Part shown: piece by piece, positions 35,860 through 47,499 of the stretch
Layout: each line of letters starts with the position of its first letter
Position numbering within the stretch: the stretch's first letter is position 1
Assembly: GCA_013239625.1 (NCBI GenBank)
Contig: MU053995.1
Span: forward strand, 186,001-250,000
Length of the DNA stretch: 64,000 nt
Direction: 5' to 3'
From: Lama guanicoe
Lineage: Eukaryota
Position numbers and translations under genes: made by a program
The notes under the pieces: model-generated
Told to the model about the DNA's origin: nothing
The model's input: only the letters and a program-made list of their open reading frames with translations
The model's database searches: none

Positions 35860-38740
35860 TCAGACCCAGCAATTCCACTTCTAGGTGTCCACCCAAAATA
35901 AATGAAAACAGGTGTCCACACAAACACTTTCACACAAACGTTCAAGAATCCTTATTTAAACAGCCAAAAGACAGTAGTCCAAATGTCCACGGACAGATGA
36001 TTATATAAAATTTGGCATACTCACAAAGCAGACTACTACTCAGCTATAGGAAGGAGTGGAGTTCTGACAGATACGATACAGATGTACCCTGAAAACATTC
36101 GGCTGAGTGAAAAAAGCCAAGCACAAAATATAAACATATATTGCTAAGAAGGATGTCAATGAGCATAACACCTGTTTTCTTCAGGGAGTTTTATGGTTTT
36201 AAGTCTTACACTTAAGTCTTAAATCCATTTTAAAATGGGATGGGAAAGTAGTCCAGTTTGATTCTTCTGTATGAAGCTGTTCAGTTTTCCCAAAACAATT
36301 TATTGAAAAGGCTGTCATTTCCCCATTGTATTTTTTTGCCTCCTTTGTCATAGATTAGTTGACCATGTAAGTTTTGGTTTAATTCTAGGTCTTCTAATCT
36401 GTTCCACTGATGTATGTCTCTTTTTTTGAGCCAACACCACAGAGGGCTTTTTTTTTCTTTTCTATCATAGGTTATTACAAGATCCTGAATAGAGTTCCTT
36501 GTGCTGTACAGTAGGTCCTTGCTATTTATCTATTTTACATACAGTAGGTTGTGTCTGCTAATTCGAAACTTCTAATTTATACCTCTTCCCCTATGGTAAC
36601 CCTAAATTTGTTTTCTATCTCTGTATGTCTGTTTCTGTCTTGTAAGTAAGTTCATTTGTATTATTTTTTTAGATTCCAAACAGTATCATACTGTTTTAAT
36701 GACTGTAGCTTTGTAGTTATCAATCAGGGAGTGTGATACCTCCAGCTTTGTTCTTCTTACTCAAGGTTGTTTTGCTCATTTGTGGTCTTTTGTTTCCATA
36801 GAAATTTTAGAATTATTTGTTCTAGTTCTGTGAAAAATACCTTTGGTATTTAGACAGAGATTGCACTGAATCTGTCATTTTCACATTAATTCTTCCAATC
36901 CATAAGCATAGTACATCCTTCTATTTGTTTGTGTTGTCTTCAGTTTCTTTCATCAGTGACTTACAGATTTCTGAGTACAGGACTTTTACCTTCATGGTTA
37001 CATTTATTCCTAGGTATTTTATTCTTTCTTATGCAAATGTAAATTGAATTGTTTTCTTAACTTCTCTTTCTGGTAGTTCACTCAGTTTATAGAACTGCAA
37101 CAGACTCCTATTAATTTTATATCCTTTAATTTTAAATGTTGCCACTTTACCAAATTCACTGTTGAGCTCTACCAGTTTTTTGCTAGCGTATTAAGGATTT
37201 TTTTTGTTGTTGTACAGTACCATGTCATCTGTGTATAGTGACAATTTTAGTTCCTCCTTTCCAATTTGGATTCCTTTTGTTTCTTTTTCTTGTCTGATTG
37301 CTATGGCTAGGACGTCCATGCTATGTTGAATAAAACTAGTAAGAGCAAGCATCCTTGCCTTATTCCTGCTCTTTGAGGAAATGATCTCAGCTTTACACCA
37401 CTGAGTATGACATGAGCTATGGGCTTATCCAATTTGGCCTTTATTATGTCAAGGTATGTTCTCTTTACACCCACTTTGTTGACAGTTTTTATCATAAAAT
37501 GGATGTTGAATTTTGTCAAACCTTTTTTTTCAATCTACTGTGATGATCATAATTTTTATCCTTCAGTTTGTTGAAGTGCTGTATCACATGGATTGATTTG
37601 TGGATACTGAGTAATTCTGGCATCCCTACGATACATCCCCATTGATCATGATGTATGATCCTTTTAATATATTGTTGGATTTCATTTGCTAATATTTTGT
37701 TGAGGATTTTCCACCTATGTTCATCAGTTTTCCACCTATATACTGGCCTATACTTTTTTGTGTGATGTCTCTTATTTTCAAAAAATATTTCTTGGGGGTA
37801 ATTAGCTTCACTGATTGATTGGTTGGTTGGTTGGTTGACTGACTGATTGACTGACTGACTGACTGACTGATTGACTGATGGTGCTGGGGATTGAACCCAT
37901 GACCTCATGCATGCTAACCACCCACACTGATCGTTGAGCTATATACCCTCCCTCTTGTCTCTGTTCAGTTTTTGGTGATACTGGCCTCATGGAATGAATT
38001 CATATGTGTTCATTCCTCAGTAATATTCTGGAATACTTTGAGAAGGATAGGTGTTAACTTTTCTTTAAATGTTTTGCAGAATCAACCTGTGAAGTTATCT
38101 CAACTTGGATTTGTGTATTGGGAGTTTTTAAATTACTGATTCAATTTCATTACTGCTAATTGGTCTGTGCATATTTTCTCTTTCTTCCTGAATCAGTCTT
38201 GGTAGACTGCATGTTTCTAGGAATTTATCCATTTTTTATAAGTTGTCCATCCATTTTACTAGCATAAAGTTGTTCATAGTAATCTCTTATGATCCTTTAT
38301 ATTTCTGTGGTGTCATTTGTAACTTCTTTTTTCATTTCTGATTTTATTTAGGGTCTCTTATTTTCTTGATAAGTCTGACTAAAAGGTTTCCAATTTTTCT
38401 TAATCCTTTCAAAGAACCAGTCTTAATTTCATTGGCATTTTCCTTCTTTTTTATTTTTTTAAGTCTCTTTCATTTATTTCTGCCCTGGCCTTTATTGTTT
38501 CTTTCCTCTAACTCTGGATTTTCTTTATTCTTCTTTTTCTAGCTCCTTTAGGTATACACACACACAAAAAAAAACCCAAAAACATCAAAAAAACTTCCGA
38601 ACTCAGATTTTTTGAGTCTGAGGCAGAATCTTTCAGTGGAATTGCTGGCTTATATGGTAGTTCTACTTTTAACCTTTTCAGAAATATACATTCTGTTTTC
38701 CCTAGTGGCTGTACTACTTTACAGTCCTTTATACAGATCT
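35860..38740 (-). mobile_element. Intronic L1 cluster, mostly antisense ORF2, with a sense fragment at 35860-36140 and a nested 3' end at ~36450-36680
   Basis: ORFs 37307..37519 and 37516..37908 contain L1 RT peptides. Confidence 0.85.
37790..37953 (-). mobile_element. Vic-1-like SINE with (GACT)n/(GGTT)n microsatellite in its tail
   Basis: ggggattgaaccc...gagctatataccctccc; tetranucleotide array at 37812-37879. Confidence 0.85.
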
Positions 38741-39947
38741 TTATAAATACAAATTCATACTTCTAAATGTAAACCTTTTCTAAAATGATAAATCTTTCTA
38801 AAAAAGCAAAACCAGCTTCCCTACCATATTATGCTCCAGCAACACCTTTGACTACCTTGAACTCTATTGTATTTTACTGAGTTACCTTGTCTGTGGCTCC
38901 CAGGACAAGACTGTTCATTTGTTTCCTTGCTGTTGAATCTGCAATGCCTATCATCTACCACATGCACATGGAAATAGAGAATATAGATGAACCAACAATG
39001 GGGGGATCTAAGTGAAAGGTATATGAATATCCATTGTATGATTCCAGCAACTTTTCTGTAGATTTGAAGTGTTTCAAGATTAAAAGTCAAGGGAGTAGGA
39101 CACACCAAACTAGCCTCCCCTAGCCACTCTCCCCTATTTAGGCTAATGCTTTTAAAGGTCTTAGAAAGCTGAATGATGGCAGTGACTGACAGCCTAACAC
39201 AGAATATCTCCTTCAGAGACACCACGCATGTTGTAGCATGGGGAGCTACCAAGGGGGTGGATTTCACTTCTCCCAGTATTTGTGTTTTGGAGTGAGATCA
39301 GGGGCCACAGTGATAAGATGTTTGATGAGCTAAACAGCTGAGAAAAAGAGTTTCAACTGAGCACTGATACAGTGTCTCCCAGCTTCACTGGGATCCTTAG
39401 ACATTTGTCACCACAGACCTGAAAGTTTCCCTAACTGTAGATGAAAGTGACAGACACATTAAGAGCAGGTGAACAGAAGGGCCAAAAGGCTGCTTCACTG
39501 TTCTTAATGTCATAAGGGAGCAAAACTACAAAGTCCAAATCCTTAGGGAACCAGGAAACACCCTGAGTCATGATGTGTGGCCCTGAAGATGGGAATCAGT
39601 CATCACCAGAAGGCAGGTAAATGACAAGAAAGCACCCTTTTTAGCTGTAGTTGTCCCTTCCTTTTAATTTACATTTGCCAGACATTTCCAGGGTACCCGC
39701 TTGGCACACTTTAAGCTGTTTACAGATCTTAGACCACGCACTGCTTTTCCTCGGCTCTCAGTCGAATACTGCCGGATGCCATGCCGTCCTGTGCCTGCGC
39801 ACAAGCCTGCTTGCTTCGGTTTCTTTCTGCCCACCTCCTCCACCAATTCCCTCACATGGGGCACACACCCCTCCTGCCAGGGCAGTGCCCAGTATGGGAG
39901 GCAAACCCTCAGGGGCTCCGTCAAATCCCTTGACCTTTTCTCCTTAC

Positions 39948-40113
39948 CTTAAGAGTTGGGGGCCGAAGTTTCTCGGGGCTGTAAGGATCCGCCTGGCCCG
40001 CAAACATCTGTCTGTGGATGGAGTCGACGCCAATGCAGCAGGGCTCTGGGTGTGGGGGGCTGGTCTGGGCACAGCTGCTGCAGCCACTATCCACCGAGTC
40101 GGCTTGCCAACTC
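39948..40113 (-). CDS. WWC3: WWC3 exon SWQADSVDSGCSSCAQTSPPHPEPCC...RPPTLK
   Basis: cttcag|G...AAG|gtaagg, 166 nt, phase 2-0; within ORF 39921..40499. Confidence 0.92.
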
Positions 40114-40684
40114 CTGAAGGTGGAGAGAGCAAAAAGCTCCAAAACGTTCATCAAGGGACTGAGGTCACTGCTGCATTCAGAACACAGCAGCAGAGATGCC
40201 CAATGTTTGCTTTCAGTGACTGTAGACTGTTGATTTTTCTCATAAAGTGAAAGGCATTTATGTTTTCTAGGGAAAATGGTACTATAAGGCCTTTCATTAA
40301 GAGTGTCTGTCTGTCTGTCCCACCCAATTTCAGCAGCTGAAGATGCCAGGATCCCAGAACCCTGCCCCCACCCCTCCCAGCTTCCTGCCCATCCCTGAAC
40401 CCCTGAACACACACCCTCCCCTCCACCATGCACTTTCCCCCCCGAAAATAAATTTCTTTGAAAAGAAATCCAGAGAAACCTATTAGAAGGAAGCAGCAAG
40501 CTTTGGAAACAGGCTGCTCTTCATGGAAAAACACAGACGAAAAGCAATATGGAAGTGGCTCCAGAAAGGACCCAACGGAGAGCAATCACTTGAGGTGCCT
40601 GCTCATCGGAGCTCTTCCTGCAACCACAGATGGGTCTGCACCCACTGAAGGTTCACCCACAGCCTGCTTCGGGGAAAACGTAAA

Positions 40685-40957
40685 GGGGCCTCGCGTGATT
40701 CCACTTGGAGGAAACGCCCAGAACAGGCCAATCCACGGAGACAGCGGGAAGCTGAGCGGTGGCCAGGGGCCGGGGCAAGGGGGAACGGGCTGACGGCTAA
40801 CACGTGTGGCGTTTCTCTCCAGCATGATGAAAATGCCCTAAAATCGGGTGTGCGGACAGTGCTACAAGTCTGTGCCTGCACTAAAAACCATCAAATTGTC
40901 CACTCAAATGGGTGAGTTGTACGGTACAGAGATGATATTAAACAAAGCAGTTAAAAA
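40685..40957 (+). mobile_element. Ancient L1MB/ME-type 3' end, strongly GC-shifted
   Basis: gtgattccac..gaaacgcccagaacaggccaatccacggagacag..ggccagggg..gatgaaaatgccctaaaat..actaaaaacc..aaatgggtga is colinear with the L1MB 3' pattern. Confidence 0.75.
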
Positions 40958-41218
40958 CCAAAACCAAAACTTAAAGGGCCCTATTGTATTCAATCTGGGC
41001 CGAGCGGAGTCAGTCAGCATTCCCCTCTTTGAGAGAAATCCGGAAACAGGAGGGAAGGTGAAAAGCCTACATGTGGAGCTAGGGTCAAAGTACTGCCCAA
41101 GTCCAGACCTGCATACAATTCCCCATGAGAATCCCAACTTCTGGGCAAAGGCTCCAGCACATTCTACAGAGGCTAAGTGACACAGCACAGGCCAGTCCCA
41201 TCCCAGGCCGGCTCTCAC

Positions 41219-41370
41219 CGCTCGGACACAGCCTCGGTCTGCTCCTCCTTCCGCTCCATCTCCAGGATCTCCTCCTCTGTGTACTCCAGCTTGACTCGCT
41301 CCTCGGCCAGCTCCCTCTCCACTGCCTGCAGCTGGGCTGTGGTTCTAGCCAGCAACACTGTCACCGCATC
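41219..41370 (-). CDS. WWC3: WWC3 exon DAVTVLLARTTAQLQAVERELAEERVKLEYTEEEILEMERKEEQTEAVSER
   Basis: ctgcag|GAT...CG|gtgaga, 152 nt, phase 0-2. Confidence 0.93.
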
Positions 41371-41774
41371 CTGCAGGACAGAAGGGACACCACTGAGAAC
41401 CAGCCTGGACCAACAGTTTCTGGCGGCCCAGTGAAGAGCAGGCGCTGAGCACGGCCCACGGTGAGCATCCCTGCTGACAGGCCGGAGGCCGTCCTCAGCT
41501 CATCCCACTGGTGACAGCCAGACAGCAACTTGGCCTTTTCATGGAGCTCTGAGGACTCAAATGTTAAAGCAACCAAAGTGTCACTCAAGATTGTGAACAC
41601 TACTCGTTTAAAAACACGATCATAAATGATCACGTACACCACTACCTTTCATTTTCATTAAGTCCCTGAAGCCCTGCTTCTTCATTGCCACTGTATTCTC
41701 AGATGAAGTCTACACAGATGTCTCCTAGAAACGATGTCCCCAGGAAGAGCCAGCCTCAAAGCTGGGCCACATAT

Positions 41775-41939
41775 CATCTTCCCCGAGGCGGTGGGCGCGG
41801 GGTCCCGGGAGGCACCATCTCCTGGCCGCTCATCCTCCCGCCAGGGGGGCTCGGGGCCGGTGAACACCTGGATGGAGTACCAGCGCAGCTGCATCTCGCC
41901 CGAACCGTCATAGTCGGCCAGGTTAATCTGAGCGATGCC
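41775..41939 (-). CDS. WWC3: WWC3 exon GIAQINLADYDGSGEMQLRWYSIQVFTG...ASGKM; donor mutated
   Basis: gtgcag|GGC, 165 nt, phase 0-0; followed by atatgt instead of gtatgt. Confidence 0.88.
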
Positions 41940-42399
41940 CTGCACAGTGGTTTAAAAACAGGAAGTAGAACAGGCCCTGAATGATTTCACCTTAACAACC
42001 AACGGGCATCCAGGGAACCCTTCAACCTTCATCAGAAAGGACATAAGATGATTCACTGCTATTTATTTACCACAGTAAAATCAAAGTCATTGCAAAGGGT
42101 CCTAACGGGGGCAGCTCCTTGCTTGCTGGTCAGCCCAATCAGAAGGTGCCTGCAGGGGATCAGGGCAGAGAACGGACACCCCGGAGTGGGGGTCAGGCTG
42201 AGGCCTGCCACTCAAAGAGCCACTGACTCTGGCAGGGATTTTTGAAATAAGAGTGGACCGGTGGGACTCAACGATCTCTAACCCTGCCGCTGAGGAAACA
42301 GGACCAGGGGGAAAATCCCAGCCTTGGAAAGAAAGCACCCCAGCTTCCAAGACCCAGCCCCGCAGAGGCTGGCTGGAGGGAAACAGACTGTCCAGTTCT

Positions 42400-42594
42400 C
42401 AGATTGCCAGATAATGTATAGGGCACCCAGGTGAATTTCAACTTCAAATAAACAAGAGATTTTTTTTTAAAAAAAGTAAGTATGCCCCAAATATTACATG
42501 GGACATACTTGTACTAAAAGGCAGCCATAGCTTATTTGAAATTCAAATTTAACTGACCACCTTGCATTTCTACTCACCAAATTTATCAGCCCTA
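42400..42594. mobile_element. MER53-like palindromic MITE
   Basis: ttgccagat...taagtatgcccca/tgggacatact...gaaattcaaatttaactg. Confidence 0.7.
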
Positions 42595-42835
42595 CTTGTT
42601 AGTTTCCGTGACTGAAAATGGAGATCACGTAGAAGCCATTGCACTAGGGTTTGCGAGTACTAGCTGAGATCATGTGTGTAAAGTATACAACATGTGACAA
42701 CGTAAGGGCCTATATCAGCCCTGTCCGTACTCCCAGCTACAGACATCACTTAACACCCTGACAATTTGTAAGCACTCAGCGCAGGACAAAGCAGAGGGGA
42801 GGAGGGAAGGAATGAGGGGGGAGGGGATACTGTAC

Positions 42836-43027
42836 CAGCAGTTCTTCCTGCAGCTGCTGATTCACTGAGCACACATACAACTGAAGGGACTTCAACATCA
42901 ACATGCTCGAATGCACAGAGATTCTGAAAACTTCATTAAATACCAGGGGGCCTTGGAATTCCAGAGCCTTAGAACAGTAAGTGTTCGGCGTGCCGGAGTC
43001 AAGCGGTGGCAGATAGCGCGGATCTGT
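42836..43027 (-). CDS. WWC3: WWC3 C2 exon QIR-YLPPLDSGTPNTYCSKALEFQ...QEELL, with a 1-nt deletion
   Basis: ttccag|A...CTG|gtacag; 192 nt where a phase 2-0 exon needs 3n+1 (193); reads CAG ATC CGC GC TAT CTG. Confidence 0.9.
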
Positions 43028-44036
43028 CTGGAACCAAGAGGGGGAAAGCAGACGGAGGGAGCGCTTACTGGCACATCTGCACAGACATACCTGGACCATT
43101 TACGTGAACACCCCTATATGCTTCTTTTTGGATGTCCATGGGTAGGACTGCAAAGTCCTTTAGAAAAACTCCTTTTCTCAACCAAGAAAAAGTCAAAAGA
43201 ACTGACCTACATTTGGAGATTAAGAGAGAATAAAAAAACAACTGGCACAAAGAAAACACATAAAAATCAGTCATTACAACTTTAGAACGGACTCAAACAG
43301 AGGTTCTGCTTTCAGCATCTTTCCTGAAAACCATCTGAGGTGGTCTCCTTGCCAGCTCCTTGGCTCCCTCTCCCAGCTGCTAGCCCTCCAGGGTGCCTGC
43401 GGGGCCGGGATCACTGCCCCACGCCCCTGGTGCAGAAGTTGGCCTGCAGGAGCAGCCGAGTATCGGGGGATATCACCAAGTACATCATCAGGCTGAGTAG
43501 CGGCCCAGGGAGAGCCCTCAGCCACTGGAGACCAGGTTGCTTCGGCGGCCGTCAGAAGGCCAGCTGACAAGGATGACTCACGGGACGGAGGGCACGATGG
43601 GGCCTGAAAACCCATCCCAGTGCATTCACCTGCCAGGGTCAGTGGCCCCCTCTGGCTGCGGTGCTCACAATGGGGCGCCTCCGGCTCGGACAAGGGCCCC
43701 TGAGCCCCACCTGAGGCCTCTCCAGGCACCTCACCAGATGACAGAGCCAAATGTGGCTGTGTCACCACCCAGCCTCGTGACCAGGAGCCCACAGGCCGCT
43801 GCCGACCTGCACATGGCACTGTCTTGGCACCGCCGCCACGCATAACCAGCCCAGCTCCATGAGCACCACTGACAAACGTGACTCTTCCAGAACCTTACAA
43901 CCTCTCATATTTCAGGCAGACACTCCCTGGTGTTTTGCTGTAAATGCAGGTTCCCAAACAGGCTTTTCCCTCCCTAAACTGCCAGGCAGAGGCCAGGCAG
44001 CGACACTGTGTGGAGCGGGCCCCGGGGAGGCCTTAC

Positions 44037-44123
44037 ACTCTGCAGTCCTCCCTCAGCACCCGCCCCGCGAAGTTCTGCAGCTGCAGCACTTTGACCAGGA
44101 GGCACTCGCTGGCACTGTCAAGC
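44037..44123 (-). CDS. WWC3: WWC3 C2 exon LDSASECLLVKVLQLQNFAGRVLREDCRV
   Basis: ttccag|G...GT|gtaagg, 87 nt, phase 2-2. Confidence 0.9.
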
Positions 44124-44423
44124 CTGGAAAAGAAAACCAAGTTCACAGACTGCACACTCCCTACGGGGGAGAAATTCTTCCACTCAAACTACTGCAGTGG
44201 CCCTCGACGGAGGGTGATTTTGCTCCCCACCCCACCACCTGACACCTTCAAAGTCCGGAGACAATTCTGACTGTCACACTGAGTGGAGAGGGCGCTCCTG
44301 GACCTGGAGGGTGGAGACCAGGGACGCTGCTCCACGTCCTCCCGTGCACAACCTCCCTCCTGCCCACACCACAAAGGAGCCACCCAAATGCCACCAGTGC
44401 CAGCACTCAGAAACACTGGACGA

Positions 44424-44592
44424 GAGGGGAGGGTGCAGCTCAGTGGCAGAGTGTGTACTTAGCATGTGCAAGGTCCTGGGTTCAATCCCCAGGACCTCTG
44501 TTAAAAATAACTGAATAAATAAACCTAATTACCGCCCCCACACAAAAAATCTTTTTTAATTATTTTAAAGATTTAAAACTTAAAAAAAAAAA
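44424..44592 (+). mobile_element. Vic-1-like SINE with TSD
   Basis: A and B boxes; flanks agaaacactggacgag and agaaacattcgacaag. Confidence 0.9.
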
Positions 44593-45085
44593 AGAAACAT
44601 TCGACAAGAATGACTAGAGTGAGCCGAAGAAAGCTGTCCGGACGCGAACACCTGCCTGGCTACTCTGAACACTGCTGGTTACCACCTTACAGAAATTGCA
44701 ACCAGCAACCAAAAAGCTTTGCGCTGCAAACCACCCAGCTACTCCTTGCAGGGAGGGTGGAGGAGGGAAAGGGCCCCCCCACCTCACTGCAGCGAACACT
44801 GGTGATTCCCCTGCCACTTGGCCCAGAACCCCCGGCTCCATAGGTGACTGTCATCAGCTGTGACTCAGCACCAGAGGGCAGCAGTGGATCTTCTCTTGTT
44901 CATGTCTCCCTCCTGCCACTCGTCCCCTCATCTGGGGCCTGAGGCAGGCTCGGGGTACCCAGGCCAGGGAGCAGCACCCAGACTGCGTGGGTCCCTCCGC
45001 CCCTGCCAGCCTGCGCGTGTAGCTGTGAGTCACTGGGCGGCCCATCGCCGTTAGAAGCAGCAGGGAAGGAGTCTTCTGTACTCAC

Positions 45086-45160
45086 AAAAGTCCCACGTGG
45101 ATGCGGGGCCCCTCCTTCCCGCCAGCGTCCCCATGCGCAGGCTCGTCAGCATCTTCACTC
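45086..45160 (-). CDS. WWC3: WWC3 exon SEDADEPAHGDAGGKEGPRIHVGL (start of C2 domain)
   Basis: gctcag|G...TT|gtgagt, 75 nt, phase 2-2. Confidence 0.88.
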
Positions 45161-45936
45161 CTGAGCACAAGTGGAAAGTCAGGCGTTACTCCTGGGAGAG
45201 CTGGTGCCCAGGCTCGGCAGAAGCACTGTCACCTTAGTGGTACTTCTCACTGAGGAGGGCTTTACTAAGTTGTGGCATAAATGAATACTTTAAGTGACTG
45301 AAAGGGTGGGACAGGTCCCCTGGATTCATGATGTCATCTCACAGGGTACCCACCAACAAAGTCGTGTTTTTGAGAAAGTCCCTGCATACCTCTCAAAACC
45401 ACATGTCATAGTCAGGACAAAGTCCAAAACACACTTTTAAAAGGTCTGCAAGGACTGAAATGTGTACAGATGCCTGAGGTCAAGCAACGTCAATGGTCTC
45501 AAACAAGAGAAAGCCCAAAATCCCAAAAGGGTTTTGTCCTTGCAAAGCGACTCCTTGAACCAGGAAAGGAAGGAGGGAGAAGAGGGAGGAAACCCATTTC
45601 TAATGCATGTCCCTTCTAGAAAGGCAGGTCTCTCACACACTGGCTCTCCCTTTCCAGCTGCTCTGGGCTGCACCTTAAGCTCCCCAGGGCCAGCGAGAAA
45701 GCAGCCGTCCTACAGGCAGGGACCGGGACCGGGCTGGCCCCCACTGTCACGCGGGAGCAGAGGGGCTCCACGCAGGCTGCGGAGGCCCACCCTCCCACGA
45801 GGAGGTAAGCTAGACAAGCGTCCCCTGGCTGCACACACGGCGTCAGTGCGCACAGGTCTTGGCACGGGTCCCTATCGTGCTCTCCAGCCACGCGGTGGGA
45901 AGTCTGCCCAGGCAGGGGGGCAGACCAGCTTCTCAC

Positions 45937-46057
45937 TTTTTGATGGGGGGTTCAAACACCCCGCTGTCGCAGGCCAGCGAGTAATCCGACAGACACGCAG
46001 ACGCGCGGCGCGCCCTCCGCTCCAGCCTCTTGGCACTGTCTTCTCGAAGAGTCACTA
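45937..46057 (-). CDS. WWC3: WWC3 exon VTLREDSAKRLERRARRVCVCLSDYSLACDSGVFEPPIK
   Basis: ttgcag|TA...AA|gtgaga, 121 nt, phase 1-2; DSGVFE motif. Confidence 0.92.
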
Positions 46058-47499
46058 CTGCAAGTAAGAGACACAGCTGGGGTCAGCAGGGGACAGCACA
46101 GGAAGCCGGGGACCACGGGGCCAAGAAATGAACACTGGGCATCTGGGCACAAAGGGACTAAATGCCCAGAGACACACCAGCACGTGTGCAGATGTGAGTT
46201 CAAACTTGCTCCACTCCATTTTTTCCTTATATTGAGAAATGGAAGAACTATCTTTAAAAGCTCTCTAAGTGGTCATAGATCTCTTTTCACCTCCTCGATG
46301 AGCGCACAGAGCAGAAGATGGTGGGAAGCCCCTTGGAGACACTGCCACACCAAAAGACCAGGAAAGAGATGGCATCCAAAAGTGGCCAGCAGCATTCCCA
46401 GAAGCGTCAAAGGAGGCAAGGAGTCACCCCGTGTCCGTGCCTGAAGCTGGTTACCCAACCCAGCCCTATGGGAGCAGCCAGCAGGACCCACTGTATCAAC
46501 TTGATTTTACAGACCCAGTTCTTCTGAGCAGATCATATGTGGAAGTACCACCAGGTGGCAGTATGTGACCGCAGGTCAAGCCAAGACATCCCAGGATAAG
46601 ACGTTTGAGGCATTGTAATGTCGCTCACAAAGGAGGAACTAAAAATAAACCAGAATCAGAATAAACCAGCTCTTTTCCTACCCACCCTGACTTTCCCCTG
46701 GCCCAAACGTGGCATTAAATCTTGTGTTGATTTTGTGCATAATTGGGTTGACCTCCTGTATCTCAATCTTTAAAGAAAAGTTGGCATATGGAAAACAAAG
46801 ACTAAGATTAGGGAAAGTAACCCTAGACAATGACTGAAAATGGACAAGCAAATCTATGGCTGTAATAAGAAAAAACTGAATGCAGATAAAATGTGCATAT
46901 AAATTACAGAAACAATGATTAATTTAAGGAAACATAAAGAGCCATGTTACTGAAGACTGACATAGCTGAGAGTCAACTAGGTCTGAGTGTACTCAAACAT
47001 AAAAGCAGTTGGAGTTGACTGGGTAAGGATTTCATGACGACTAGATAATTTGGTAGAAATGATTAAAAGTGAGACATATTTTGAAAAATTACGCCAACTG
47101 CTATCATTTCCCGTTAGACAGAATTATATCCTTGAAAAGTACAAGGGCAAAGGGTGAAGTGATGAAGTCACAGGGACGAAGGAAGTAGAGATTTCTGCGG
47201 GTCTCTGGCCAGACACCGGTCCCTACGGAGGGCCGAGGCGGGAACACACACAAGTTCCACCTGGGCACACGCCCCGGCGAGCTCATTAAGGCCCAGGACC
47301 TCTTTGTCAGCCTCCGAGTGTGGAAGAATATGTGGTTCTTGACCTCATTTTCAACAACTGGGCATTTTCTGCAAATAAGCGAAATGCCTGGGAAAGCCCA
47401 CTTTGCCAGTTTCAGTGACATTTCAAGGACCCACGACAAAACGACACAGAGCGGGCAGGCGCTTCCTCGCCCTATCAAGAGTCCTAACCTTAGGCTCCC

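Noticed and set aside
37812..37879. Short-unit array resembling a CRISPR or coding repeat (SVNQ)
   Set aside because: Tetranucleotide microsatellite in a SINE tail; eukaryotic context, no spacers.
41769..41774. Possible U12 AT-AC intron
   Set aside because: Lacks the ATATCCTT consensus and the downstream acceptor is AG.
41771..43027. Idea that the -1 deletion and the +4 cryptic donor compensate each other (net +3)
   Set aside because: The shifted frame hits TGA at 42898-42900 before the second event.
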